Source: an uncultured Desulfospira sp.
Lineage (GTDB): Bacteria; Desulfobacterota; Desulfobacteria; Desulfobacterales; Desulfobacteraceae
Direction: 5' to 3'
Assembly: GCA_963663165.1 (NCBI GenBank)
Contig: OY760175.1
Location: 832,001-896,000 of the forward strand
Length of the DNA stretch: 64,000 bases
Below are positions 9,304-22,070 of this stretch, one piece after another (within the stretch, counting starts at the first letter, position 1; each line of letters opens with the position of its first letter). The notes beneath the pieces were generated by a model. It was given only the letters and a program-made list of their open reading frames with translations. It ran no database searches and was not told the origin of the DNA. The position numbers and the translations under genes were made by a program.

Positions 9304-10535
9304 TGGTTCAGCTCTGGAATTTGAGAAATCATATGCTCGGGCACCCATACCCCCATGGGCTTGTTCAGTTTGGTGCTAAAATAGGTCAGCACCTTCCGGG
9401 TGTTGTTTCTTATGGCAATTTTCTGAACCGCCAGGTTTTTTTCATCAATAATCGAGAACACCTTATACGGGGCCGCATTGGCGGTCAACCCTGCCAGCAG
9501 CTCTTTGCCCACGCCATGTGCCCGGTATTCGGGGCGAACCGAGGTATACCCCCTTTCCACAAAACCGGTAAAATCCACCCCGGTCATCTTTTTTAAGCGG
9601 GCGATAAATTCAATTCTAGGGTGTTTGAGGCTGGAGTTGCCCACAATCACCCCGTTTTCCATGGCGTATCCGATCAGATGGGCCTTTTCAAGGTTGGCCC
9701 TGACATGGGTGATGTCAACGGATCCGCCGGCATCCACCATTCTACAGATTTCATCCAGAAATCCAGGGGGCAGGTCTTTGGGCGGCTCAAAGGTATAGGT
9801 GATCGCACTTCCCAGCCGGATCAACCGGGATGTGTCAGGCGCCAGTCGAAGCCCTGAAAGTTCCTTGACCGAATAAAGGTTAAGGCCGGCCAGAATCCCC
9901 TGTGCCTTGCCAAGGATTTTCCAGACCGGTTCCCCTGGAATAGGCGCTGTTTTTGAATAGGCCTGATATTTTAAAACATCCTGGGATGACGTGTTTACCG
10001 CATCATCACTGTCATAAGAGTGGACAATATTGGCATTGTCAAACATAAATTTTTTCATGTCAGTGGAAAGGTTTCCGGTGATCAGATTCTTGCCTGCCAC
10101 ATGGTTCCAGATCTCCAGTTTGGACACCTTCCACAGTCCCTGGGTATCAAAGGTTTTTAAGTTTTCAGGACAAATCCAGACCATCAGTCTCAGCCCGAGT
10201 GAAGAAAGATGGGTTATTGTTTCAAGATCGGTATCCGGCAAAGGGGCGCCAAGCTCCAGGACAATGCCGAATTTTATCTGTCCATGGTTCTCGTCAAGCC
10301 ATGGCGTAAGTTGGGGCAGATAAGCGGACACGCCTGCCCGGTTGTCCGGTGAAATGGTGTCAAAAATAAAGCCGGTAACACCATTTTCAGTGATTCGGCC
10401 ATTTAAAAAACGCTTAAAATCGCGGCTGTCCTGAAAATCAGATATACAGACCTGTTCAATCCGTTCCTGTTCAAGTTCAGGATAAAAGGGCAGGTCTTTG
10501 ACGGACAGCTGGTGGGTTTCGGGCATGGTTGTCAT
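9300..10535 (-). CDS. GNAT N-acetyltransferase with N-terminal domain resembling a degenerate radical-SAM barrel
   Basis: C-terminal ERGYTSVRPEYRAHGVGKELL acetyl-CoA motif A and N.AVQKIA; N-terminal GLRLMVW..IWNH but no CxxxCxxC. Confidence 0.7.
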   Translation of the reverse strand: MTTMPETHQLSVKDLPFYPELEQERIEQVCISDFQDSRDFKRFLNGRITENGVTGFIFDTISPDNRAGVSAYLPQLTPWLDENHGQIKFGIVLELGAPLPDTDLETITHLSSLGLRLMVWICPENLKTFDTQGLWKVSKLEIWNHVAGKNLITGNLSTDMKKFMFDNANIVHSYDSDDAVNTSSQDVLKYQAYSKTAPIPGEPVWKILGKAQGILAGLNLYSVKELSGLRLAPDTSRLIRLGSAITYTFEPPKDLPPGFLDEICRMVDAGGSVDITHVRANLEKAHLIGYAMENGVIVGNSSLKHPRIEFIARLKKMTGVDFTGFVERGYTSVRPEYRAHGVGKELLAGLTANAAPYKVFSIIDEKNLAVQKIAIRNNTRKVLTYFSTKLNKPMGVWVPEHMISQIPELNQ

Positions 10536-10797
10536 CGCAAGTTTTTGTTTGAAAACTCAATCCAGTGGATATCTGACCTTTACACGCCCGGCATTATTTT
10601 TTCAATGGTTTTTCTGATGGTTTGGCACCAAACCACAAAATCGGCACCCAAACCAATTTTTTTACCGGTAAATTTTATGATGTAAAAAAAGGAAACCGGA
10701 AGGAAGGGAGACGGGAAACCGAAACCGTCAAGTTCCCTGGTTTGAGCGGTAGGGTTGGAGCGATAGAGGTCGGATGCCGGGTTCCCTTGGAGCCCGG

Positions 10798-10829
10798 TCG
10801 GGTGGGCAAAAGCGAAGCGTTGCCCACCA
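10798..10829 (+). repeat. REP-like hairpin
   Basis: gggtgggcaaaagcgaagcgttgcccacc; near-identical copy at about 39852-39880 and a related inverted copy at about 13299-13329. Confidence 0.7.
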
Positions 10830-11003
10830 TTGTCCGTATAACATTTTGTTTTTGAAGGACAAATAAAACGGGCTCACGCTAACTACCGGCTTGAGACTCG
10901 GTTTATGGGACTTGGGTAGGCCGTGGATACTGCAATCCCCAAGTCTCATATCCCAAGTCCCAAGTCCTTTTTTTTGAAGATTAACCACCTGCCAAGAGCT
11001 TTC

Positions 11004-11043
11004 AAAAAAAACTGCCGCTTCCACAGGCATGTGGAAGCGGCAG
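11004..11043 (-). terminator. Rho-independent terminator of glnK-amtB
   Basis: Stem ctgccgcttccaca/tgtggaagcggcag followed on the minus strand by a T run. Confidence 0.85.
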
Positions 11044-11075
11044 GTCGGGCTAAAGGCCGGAATTAAAGGAGAGGA

Positions 11076-12491
11076 TTAAGCTTCGCCGGCCAGGTTTTTG
11101 GCGGAATAGCTGGCAGCGGATTCGGAGAGCTTGCTGCCGCCGGAGCCGGAGGAAAAAGACCCCATGCCGCCATGGTTAATGGTTGTAAAGTCAGGATAAG
11201 CACTGCCGCCGTGTTCTGTAGAATCAAGCCCTTCAAGTTCTTCTTCCATGGAAACCCGAAGACCAACTGTCATGTCAATAATCTTGAACAGCGCATAAGC
11301 AGTGCAGAAAGTCCAGACAAAGCAGGCCACAATACCGATGACCTGAACACTTAAAATTTTAAAAGTAACGCCTTCAATGTTGAAGAGACCGGCAGCCAGG
11401 GTACCCCAGGCACCGTTGATACCGTGAACTGAAATGGCACCCACCGGGTCGTCAATCTTGATTTTGTCAAAGAACAGAACAGCGAACACAACCAGGACAC
11501 CGGCAACCAGGCCGATAATGATGGCACTTGAGGGGGTGACGTTGGCGCAGCCGGCGGTAATACCAACCAGGCCAGCCAGGGCACCGTTAAGGCTCATGCC
11601 GACTTCGGGCTTGCCAAACTTGATCCAGGAAACAATCATGGCCGCAACACAGCCGGCGGCAGCAGCCAGGTTGGTGTTAACAAAAATCATGGCAATGTCT
11701 TTGCAGGCAGCGGTGGTAGAGCCGGGGTTAAATCCGAACCAGCCAATCCACAGGATAAATACGCCAAGGGCTGCCAGGGGGATATTGTGACCAAGAATGG
11801 GCTTAACATTGCCCTTTGCATCATATTTGCCAAGACGGGGCCCAAGAACCAGGGCACCGGCCAGAGCAGCCCAGCCACCCACAGAGTGAACTACCGTGGA
11901 ACCGGCAAAGTCGATGAAACCAAGGCCTTCAAGCCATCCGGAACCGTTGAACAGGCTGCCCCATGCCCAGGAACCAAAAATCGGGTAAATCAGAGCAGAT
12001 ACAACCGCCGTGTAAATCAGGTAAGAGGTAAATTTGGTTCTTTCAGCCATGGCACCGGAAACAATGGTAGCGGCGGTGGCGGCAAATACGACCTGGAACA
12101 TCCAGAATGCCAGAACCCACGGATCCCCGCCCACTTCAAAATCGCTTAAGAAAAAGCCGCTGGTGCCAAAAAAACCGGTTTTGGAGGCACCGAACATCAG
12201 GCCAAACCCAATGGCCCAGTAAAACAATGACCCCATGGAAAAGTCCATTAAGTTTTTCATCATAATGTTAATGGCATTTTTGGCCCGGGTAAATCCGGCT
12301 TCCACCATGGCAAATCCAGCCTGCATAAAAAAGACCAGGGCTGCGGCAATCAGGGTCCAGACATAATCGGCATGGGTCTGTACAAGTTCAATGGCTTCCT
12401 TGTTGGTCAGAACTGTAGGGGCATCATCGCCGGCCCAAACCGTAGAAATCGTACAGATTAAACTAAGGGTAATCATAACCAGATATTTCAT
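11076..12491 (-). CDS. amtB: Ammonium transporter
   Basis: FMQAGFAMVEAG, SGAMAER, DFAGSTVVH, WFGFN, DDPVGAISVHG. Confidence 0.97.
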   Translation of the reverse strand: MKYLVMITLSLICTISTVWAGDDAPTVLTNKEAIELVQTHADYVWTLIAAALVFFMQAGFAMVEAGFTRAKNAINIMMKNLMDFSMGSLFYWAIGFGLMFGASKTGFFGTSGFFLSDFEVGGDPWVLAFWMFQVVFAATAATIVSGAMAERTKFTSYLIYTAVVSALIYPIFGSWAWGSLFNGSGWLEGLGFIDFAGSTVVHSVGGWAALAGALVLGPRLGKYDAKGNVKPILGHNIPLAALGVFILWIGWFGFNPGSTTAACKDIAMIFVNTNLAAAAGCVAAMIVSWIKFGKPEVGMSLNGALAGLVGITAGCANVTPSSAIIIGLVAGVLVVFAVLFFDKIKIDDPVGAISVHGINGAWGTLAAGLFNIEGVTFKILSVQVIGIVACFVWTFCTAYALFKIIDMTVGLRVSMEEELEGLDSTEHGGSAYPDFTTINHGGMGSFSSGSGGSKLSESAASYSAKNLAGEA

Positions 12492-12536
12492 TTTTTAAAA
12501 TCTCCTTAAAATAAATAATATTAATGGTGTTAACGT

Positions 12537-12914
<378 letters not shown>

Positions 12915-12949
12915 TTAATTTGTCCTTCGTTATGCTTGAATTTTATTAG

Positions 12950-12965
12950 AGCAAAACAGGTGCCA
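12950..12965 (-). promoter_or_regulatory. sigma54 (-24/-12) promoter of glnK-amtB
   Basis: Minus strand TGGCAC-CTGTT-TTGCT, exact GG-N10-GC spacing, about 75 bp upstream of glnK. Confidence 0.85.
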
Positions 12966-13057
12966 AGATGAAAAAAAGTTTTATTTTTTAGATAACTATT
13001 TGAAAATATGGGTGATAAAATTATCAGACAAGCATTAGGAGAGCTTGCAGGACTATT

Positions 13058-13108
13058 TATGAAATTACAATTATGGAATATTTTTTATTCCCAAATTGTA
13101 ACTTCATA
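13058..13108. promoter_or_regulatory. Long imperfect palindrome, candidate enhancer/regulator site
   Basis: 23-bp arms matching at 20/23 around a T5 spacer, about 95-140 bp upstream of the sigma54 site. Confidence 0.55.
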
Positions 13109-13330
13109 GAAGCGACAAAAAATTGCACGAATTTAGCTACAATTTTGTTATTACATTCAAAAATAACGATAAGCGAACAGGAATATTCGCATGCATCAGG
13201 CGGACTGATGGGGAATCGTTCCGGACCAAAATTGAATTGGAGACCGTAGACCAGAAGGTTTCACCCGGGACACTGGAACAGCGGATTCCCTTGTTAATGG
13301 CGGGTTTCGCTACGCTCAGCCCACCCTGCC

Positions 13331-13430
13331 GGACGAACACGGACAGTCACGGACGATCACAGACACACAGACGGACACAGACCTGAGCCATGTCCGTGTC
13401 CGTCCTTGTTCGTCCGTGTCTGTCCGTGTT
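13331..13430. repeat. Facing short-repeat arrays (ACGGAC/ACAGAC versus GTCCGT/GTCTGT) forming a long hairpin
   Basis: ggacgaacacggacagtcacggac...gtccgtgtccgtccttgttcgtccgtgtctgtccgtgt. Confidence 0.75.
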
Positions 13431-13507
13431 TTTTTCATCAGGCCCGTTACAACCTCAGAACTTTGAGGAATCGCAACACCGGCTTTCCTGTTTCCGGCTT
13501 CCAGGTC

Positions 13508-14236
13508 TTACCGCCCGCAATGGCAATAGCTTGAAAGCCCGAGAATCCTGGCTGGGGCGCTGATGGTCACCCCGAAAAACACGGCCGGTTTCCCGGAATT
13601 GATAAAATGGGTAATGGACCCGTTGACGATGGTCGACCCGGTGGCAAAGATCATGTCGCACCAGTTAAGGCCGTCTTGAAAATTTTCGCCAGACTCTATG
13701 GTGACGCCAAACTTTACCGTCCCCACATTGTCCGGGTCAAGATCAAGGGCACGCATGGTATTCTGACGGGCCAGATACTCCAGGAACCTTGGCTGAAGGC
13801 CGACCAATAAAATCTTTTTGCCGGAAAATTCCGGCTCTTTAATCAGGTTTTCGGCACATTCCACCGGTTCCTTGTCTTTGCAGTGGATGGTCTTGCCGCA
13901 AAGGTCTAAGGACCGGTATACGGCATTAAGGCCTGCGATAAAAATCGCCCGTTCATTGGTTTTGGTGTGGTCTATGTTCAGCAGCCCGTCCACTGTCAGG
14001 GTAATATCCGTATACTCATCGGTAAATGCCTGGCCGGCCGCACCATCAAACATGGCCTCCATCATGACCTCCCTTCCCTTGATAATGGGATAATCATCAT
14101 GATCGGGCTTGCCGATGGCCTCATTGGCGGTCAGGGGCTTGCATTTAATATCAATCTTTTTATCGGCCAGGTGATGACGGTCAGCTTCTGATCTTAACGC
14201 CTCTTTTAAGCGAATGTAAATCTCATTAATATCCAT
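13508..14236 (-). CDS. DUF364-like Rossmann-fold protein (putative metal/pterin handling)
   Basis: 242 aa; GQAFTD, ERAIFIAGLNA, TIHCKDKEP, ATGSTIVNGSI; downstream of modABC. Confidence 0.65.
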   Translation of the reverse strand: MDINEIYIRLKEALRSEADRHHLADKKIDIKCKPLTANEAIGKPDHDDYPIIKGREVMMEAMFDGAAGQAFTDEYTDITLTVDGLLNIDHTKTNERAIFIAGLNAVYRSLDLCGKTIHCKDKEPVECAENLIKEPEFSGKKILLVGLQPRFLEYLARQNTMRALDLDPDNVGTVKFGVTIESGENFQDGLNWCDMIFATGSTIVNGSITHFINSGKPAVFFGVTISAPARILGLSSYCHCGR

Positions 14237-14301
14237 TGTCGTTCCTTAACTTTGATGATTTATAGCCTCAAGTGTTTATTTTGAAGCCCTATTTGATTTA
14301 A

Positions 14302-15015
14302 TCAGCAAAAGGGCTTGGAAATATAATGCTCGGGCATTCCATTAAAGAAGGGTACCATATTTTCCGGCATCAAATCCATTTTTTGCCAAAATTTTTTTAA
14401 CCGCCCGTCTTCCATGACCAGAACCCGGTCGGCTAGCTGCCGGGCTTCCTTCAAATCATGGGTGACAAACAAGGTGGTCAGCTCTAACTGTTCTTGAATT
14501 CGCTTAAATTCGGCCCTGAGATACTGGGCTGTTTCGTAATCCAGGTGAGACAAGGGTTCATCTAGAAGCAGCAAATCAGGCTTTCCGGCAATGGTTCTGG
14601 CCATGGCCACCCGTTGTTTTTCACCGCCGCTGATCTGGGCAGGGTAACTTTTGGCCAGTTTTTTTATCCTGAACAGCTCAAGAAGTGAGCCAACTTTTTC
14701 CTGAACCTGGGCCTTTTTCAGTCCCAGGGTTTTCATGGCAATCTTTATGTTCTGGGATACCGTCATGTGGGGGAAAAGATAAAGATCCTGAAACAGATAA
14801 CCGATCCTGCGGCGATGGGACGGCAGGCAATGAACCGGCCGGCCATCCAGCAGAATCTGCCCGGAATGGGGAATAAACCCTGCCAGGATATTTAGAAAGG
14901 AAGATTTCCCGGCACCGGACGGGCCGATGAGCACCATTAGTTCACCCTTCCGGATCTCAAGGTGGTCAACCTTGACAAAAGAGGACTTGATGTCGTTTAC
15001 GACCAGATGGCTCAT
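14302..15015 (-). CDS. modC: Molybdate/tungstate ABC transporter ATP-binding subunit
   Basis: GPSGAGKS, ISGGEKQRVA, LLLDEP; start MSHL after AAGGAG. Confidence 0.8.
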   Translation of the reverse strand: MSHLVVNDIKSSFVKVDHLEIRKGELMVLIGPSGAGKSSFLNILAGFIPHSGQILLDGRPVHCLPSHRRRIGYLFQDLYLFPHMTVSQNIKIAMKTLGLKKAQVQEKVGSLLELFRIKKLAKSYPAQISGGEKQRVAMARTIAGKPDLLLLDEPLSHLDYETAQYLRAEFKRIQEQLELTTLFVTHDLKEARQLADRVLVMEDGRLKKFWQKMDLMPENMVPFFNGMPEHYISKPFC

Positions 15016-15028
15016 GGACAAATCTCCT

Positions 15029-15808
15029 TTAAAAATGTAGTGCTTTGTTGCGGGCACCCAGCCATTTGAGGATCATGAGCAGCCCGACCCCCAGGCAGAT
15101 CAAAAGCCAGGCGCAGATAACGGCAAGCTCAATTTCTCCGCTGGTCAGGTTGAGGTAAACGGCAATGGGCAATGTTTCGGTTCTCATTCTCGATGCCCCG
15201 GCCACCATCAGGGTGGCCCCGAATTCCCCTAAGGTTCTGGCCCAGGCCAGGACCGCCCCGGCCAGGATGCCGTTGCGGGCCATGGGCAGGACAATGAGGC
15301 AAAAAACCCGGATATCGGACAATCCGAGCATGGCGCCGGCCTGTTCATACTTTTCATCAATTCCCTCAAAGGTGGCCCGGCAGCTTCGGATAACCAAAGG
15401 GGTGGCAATAAAGGTCTGGGCCATCACCGCCCCGGACGGGGTAAACAAAAGGTCCACCCCCATCCGGTGAAGCAGGTTTCCGGCCAGATGGGGCGAAAGC
15501 AGAAAGAGCAGCCCCATCCCTGTGACCAGCGGGGTCATGACCATGGGAATGTCCAGAAGGGAATCCACGGCGAATTTACCCGGAAAGGATTTCCTTGCCA
15601 TCAAATAGGCCACTGGAAGTCCCAGGACCATTGAAATGCCCACGGACGAAACCGATGTGGTCAGGCTCAGTTTAAGGGCAAAACAGGTTTCCGGGTTCAG
15701 AAGCGCCTGAAAAAGGTCCGCCATCCCGATTTGGGATACCAGGGCAAATAAAACCCCTAAAATCCCCAGACAGCAGATGCCCAGTATGCCATAAAACAGG
15801 GCGATCAT
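15029..15808 (-). CDS. modB: Molybdate/tungstate ABC transporter permease
   Basis: WARTLGEFGATLMVAG, TETLPIAVY. Confidence 0.9.
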   Translation of the reverse strand: MIALFYGILGICCLGILGVLFALVSQIGMADLFQALLNPETCFALKLSLTTSVSSVGISMVLGLPVAYLMARKSFPGKFAVDSLLDIPMVMTPLVTGMGLLFLLSPHLAGNLLHRMGVDLLFTPSGAVMAQTFIATPLVIRSCRATFEGIDEKYEQAGAMLGLSDIRVFCLIVLPMARNGILAGAVLAWARTLGEFGATLMVAGASRMRTETLPIAVYLNLTSGEIELAVICAWLLICLGVGLLMILKWLGARNKALHF

Positions 15809-16560
15809 CAGGGCAAGGGCAGGAACCCGAATTTTGTAAAATGACCGATCCCTTCGTCGCTTGAAACAAAATCACGGAATTGCTCAGCCAAAGCCGTATC
15901 CTTAGCGGTTTTCAACACAGAGATGGCGATGATTTCAGGTGTGAATAAATCACCCGGGATCTCAAACATATCAATGGTATCTTTATGCATAAACGCATTG
16001 GCCCTGGCGACAATGGCCGCATCCACGTTCTCCTGCACCACATAAAGGGTTAACTGGTTGACGGTGGCACCATAGACGGTCACATTGTCCAGGATCTGTT
16101 TTTCAAGGCCTGCCTTTTTAATGATATCCATGCTGGTCCGGCCAAGGGCCATGGCCTTGGGATCGCCCATGGCCAGTTTGATCCCGGGCTTTGCCATGTC
16201 TTCCAGGGTCTTAATGCCCTTGGTTGCATTTTTAGGCACGCCAATCACCGGGGTGTGAAGCACCACTTTTTTATCCGACAGGACCAGGTCTTTTTCCTTT
16301 AATTTTTCAATATAAAAGTAAGACCCGGGCATGAACAGGTCTCCCTGCTGGGCAGAAAGATAGCGGGACATCTGTTTTCCGGATCCGCCGTAATTCACAA
16401 TCACCTTGTGCCCGGTCTGTTTTTCGAATTTTTCAATGAGTTGATCCGTGGGTTTTCGTAATCCGGCACCGGCATACAAAAACAGTTCGGCAGCAACGCC
16501 TTCAGCGGCAAACAACAGTGAGATTCCAATGGCGATCAGCATGAGCGGTCTTTTTTTCAT
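15808..16560 (-). CDS. modA: Molybdate/tungstate ABC transporter substrate-binding protein
   Basis: Signal peptide; YAGAGL, YGGSG, GDLFMPG, GDPK..ALG. Confidence 0.9.
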   Translation of the reverse strand: MKKRPLMLIAIGISLLFAAEGVAAELFLYAGAGLRKPTDQLIEKFEKQTGHKVIVNYGGSGKQMSRYLSAQQGDLFMPGSYFYIEKLKEKDLVLSDKKVVLHTPVIGVPKNATKGIKTLEDMAKPGIKLAMGDPKAMALGRTSMDIIKKAGLEKQILDNVTVYGATVNQLTLYVVQENVDAAIVARANAFMHKDTIDMFEIPGDLFTPEIIAISVLKTAKDTALAEQFRDFVSSDEGIGHFTKFGFLPLP

Positions 16561-16757
16561 TATCTTTCTCCTCTATTTCAATTAACCAACACAAGGCTAT
16601 TCTTTATCAATGTAATTTTTAAACGTCAATATACTTTTTTTAATTACATCATCCCTGTTCAAATTGAAACGAAAAAAATAAGGTTGGGTTAAGGTGAATA
16701 TAGAGAATGGGGACTGAAAGAAGAAAGACCGGATGAGGCGGTGTTGTTGGCTCGGTC

Positions 16758-16827
16758 GTAGGGGCGATTCATGAATCGCCCTTTCATGAATAACCTTTAC
16801 GTGGGCAATTCATAAATTGCCCCTACA
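16758..16827. repeat. Inverted pair of GTAG-type REP-like hairpins
   Basis: gtaggggcgattcatgaatcgccc ... gggcaattcataaattgcccctac. Confidence 0.75.
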
Positions 16828-16868
16828 CCACCATCACCTATAACATGATAATCCAGGATTCAATTATT

Positions 16869-19651
<2,783 letters not shown>

Positions 19652-19902
19652 CTTTGACCTCATCAATGATATCGTACAGCCACATGATATCTTCTATGGA
19701 CAGGCGGCCGGCTTTTGACGGGGCCCGGTCTGTACCGTCTTTTTTCTTTAAAATTCTGGGGCCGACCTGGACTTTGGGCTCACCGTCCCCATACTGATGG
19801 ATGGAAATCAAAAGCCCGGTTTCTTCATTTTTCCACTCTGATAATTTCTTGTCCTTTTCAGGATCATAACCTGCCATATGTCATGGTCTCCTTGTTTGAT
19901 AG

Positions 19903-19983
19903 CAGTTAGCTGTCAGCCATTAGCTTTTAGCAATCAGCTGTTAGGGTGAAAAGCTAACGGCTGATTGCTTAAGGCTAACGGCT
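19903..19983. repeat. Facing 7-nt-period arrays (TTAGCNN / NNGCTAA)
   Basis: agttagctgtcagccattagcttttagcaatcagc...aagctaacggctgattgcttaaggctaacggct. Confidence 0.75.
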
Positions 19984-19993
19984 TTCCAATCCG

Positions 19994-22069
19994 TTAAATT
20001 TTTGAAAAATCGGCAATGGGTTTAAATATCCCGGACACAGAAGCCAACAGGGCAATCCGGTTGTTTTTAAGCTGTTCATCATCGGCAAACACCATAACAT
20101 CATCAAAAAACTGGTCCACATGAGGTCTTAAGCCTGCAATTTCTTTTAGCGCATGATCATAGTCGCCGGAGGATATCAGGGACGTCACTTTGGATGAAAC
20201 TTCTTGGGCTGCTTTGTAAAGGCCAGTCTCGCTGGGGTCCTGGAACCGGGATTCATCCACCGTTAAACCGGACAGGTCTTCGGCCTTTTTAAGGATGTTT
20301 TCCACCCGTTTAAAGGCAATGGACAGGGGTTCAAAATCCGGGTCCTGTCTTAAATTATCCAGGGCCTTTACCCGCAGCAGCACGTCGGGAAGGTTGTCAA
20401 AGGAGGCGGCAAGGGCGGAATTGACCGCCTCTTTGGAATACCCCTGATCGGTGAGAATGTTGACCATCCGGCTTTCCAGGAAATCCTTGACCTGGCCTGA
20501 AATCTCTTTGATTTTAGACGGATCATCCACAAACGGGGCAAGGCCGGTTTCAATAAGGCGTCCTAGACTTGCGGTTAAGTTTTCTTCCAGCACGATCTGG
20601 ATAATGCCGATGCCCTGGCGGCGCAGGGCATAGGGATCGGCCCCGCCCGTAGGAATCAGGCCAACGGAAAAACAGCCGCAGATGGTATCGAGCTTATCGG
20701 CAATGGCCAGCACAACAGCCGTGGGATTTTCCGGCAGCTGCCCGCCGGACTGGACCGGCCGGTAATGCTGTTCAACCGCATCGGCGACCTCGGAATCTTC
20801 GCCGGCTTTGCCCGCATAAACCCGGCCGATAACACCCTGAAGCTTGGTAAATTCAATGACCACCTGGCTGACCAGGTCTGCCTTACAGATCTGGGCCGCC
20901 CGGACCGCCTTGGTTTTCAGCGCGTCTTTATCCGCGTTTCCGGATACATCGGCCAGATATTCAACCAGTTTCCCAATTCGCTGGACCTTGTCATGAACAG
21001 AGCCGAGTTTTTCCTGGAACGTGACATTTTTGAGCTTTTCGGCAAACTGGTCCAGGCTTGACGTAAGATCGGTCTCATAAAAAAACTTGGCATCGGAAAG
21101 CCTTGCCCGAAGGACCCGGCCATGGCCGGCTGCCACCAGCTCCATGTCTTTGGCCAGGGTGTTGTTGACCGCAATGAACATGGGTTTGAGACGGCCTTGT
21201 TCATCAATTAAGGCAAAGTATTTCTGGTGCTCTCTCATGGCCGTGATCAGGACCTCATCCGGCACTTCAAGAAAGATGTCGTCAAACTTTCCCACCACCG
21301 GATAAGGGACTTCCACAAGGTTGGTCACAATGTCAAGCAGCTCGGGGTCATCCAGGATTTGGGCGCTGTTTTCCTTTGCCAGCTGGTTGATCTTGTCCGT
21401 GAGCAGGGTCTTTCGTTTTTCAATTTCGGGGATTATACCGGCGGATTCCGCCACCTGGACATATTCATCGGCCGTGTTCACCTTAAATTTTGCAGGGTTC
21501 ATGAAACTGTGGCCGAAAATCTCGTTACCCGAGGCAATATTGCCCACCTTAAACTTGAGGACCTGGTCTCCTAACAGCCCCACAAGACTGATAATGGGCC
21601 GGGCAAAGCTGATGGAAAGGCTGCCCCACCGCATGCTTTTGGGAAAGGGAATGGCAAGGATCTGTTTTTCGAGCATGGCTTCAATGATGGTGCCTGACGG
21701 CTCACAGGTTTCCGCCACCACGGCGGTCAGATACCGGCCCTTGTCGGTATCTTCGACGTTAAGCTGATCCACGCTGATGCCGGCTTTATCGGCAAACTTC
21801 TGGGCCGCAATGGTGGGCTTGCCGTCGGCGTCAAACCCTACTTTTTCAGGCGGGCCGGTCAAAACGCTGGTCTTTTCCTTTTGCTGATCCGCTACACCTT
21901 CGATGATCAGGGTGAGCCGCCGGGGGGTGCCCATGATCTTTGAAGGGCCGTGATCAATTCTTGCCCGGGAAAGGGCATCGGCCATGCTGTTTTGAAAAGC
22001 GGTCAGGGCCGGTACAATATATCCGGCCGGAATTTCTTCACATCCGATTTCAATTAACAAGGTACTCAT
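19994..22069 (-). CDS. glyS: Glycine-tRNA ligase beta subunit
   Basis: EIGCEEIP, TPRRL, FPKSMRW, HQKYF, ARLSDAKFF, DPYALRR. Confidence 0.98.
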   Translation of the reverse strand: MSTLLIEIGCEEIPAGYIVPALTAFQNSMADALSRARIDHGPSKIMGTPRRLTLIIEGVADQQKEKTSVLTGPPEKVGFDADGKPTIAAQKFADKAGISVDQLNVEDTDKGRYLTAVVAETCEPSGTIIEAMLEKQILAIPFPKSMRWGSLSISFARPIISLVGLLGDQVLKFKVGNIASGNEIFGHSFMNPAKFKVNTADEYVQVAESAGIIPEIEKRKTLLTDKINQLAKENSAQILDDPELLDIVTNLVEVPYPVVGKFDDIFLEVPDEVLITAMREHQKYFALIDEQGRLKPMFIAVNNTLAKDMELVAAGHGRVLRARLSDAKFFYETDLTSSLDQFAEKLKNVTFQEKLGSVHDKVQRIGKLVEYLADVSGNADKDALKTKAVRAAQICKADLVSQVVIEFTKLQGVIGRVYAGKAGEDSEVADAVEQHYRPVQSGGQLPENPTAVVLAIADKLDTICGCFSVGLIPTGGADPYALRRQGIGIIQIVLEENLTASLGRLIETGLAPFVDDPSKIKEISGQVKDFLESRMVNILTDQGYSKEAVNSALAASFDNLPDVLLRVKALDNLRQDPDFEPLSIAFKRVENILKKAEDLSGLTVDESRFQDPSETGLYKAAQEVSSKVTSLISSGDYDHALKEIAGLRPHVDQFFDDVMVFADDEQLKNNRIALLASVSGIFKPIADFSKI

Positions 22070-22070
22070 C

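Noticed and set aside
8410..10700. Graspetide RiPP cluster around the ATP-grasp gene
   Set aside because: The enzyme has RimK-type motifs and no precursor peptide with repeated T/S/K-x-x-D/E cores is nearby.
10694..10712. CCGGAAGGAAG resembling the SRP RNA loop
   Set aside because: Flanking CAGG/GCAGC and the long SRP stem are missing; it is part of a purine-rich heptamer run.
13076..13092. NrpR operator upstream of glnK
   Set aside because: GGAA and TTCC are 9 nt apart rather than 6.
16561..16700. Moco/Wco riboswitch or ModE box upstream of modA
   Set aside because: Region is AT-rich, lacks the riboswitch stems and lacks the TATAT-N7-TAYAT-type ModE pattern.
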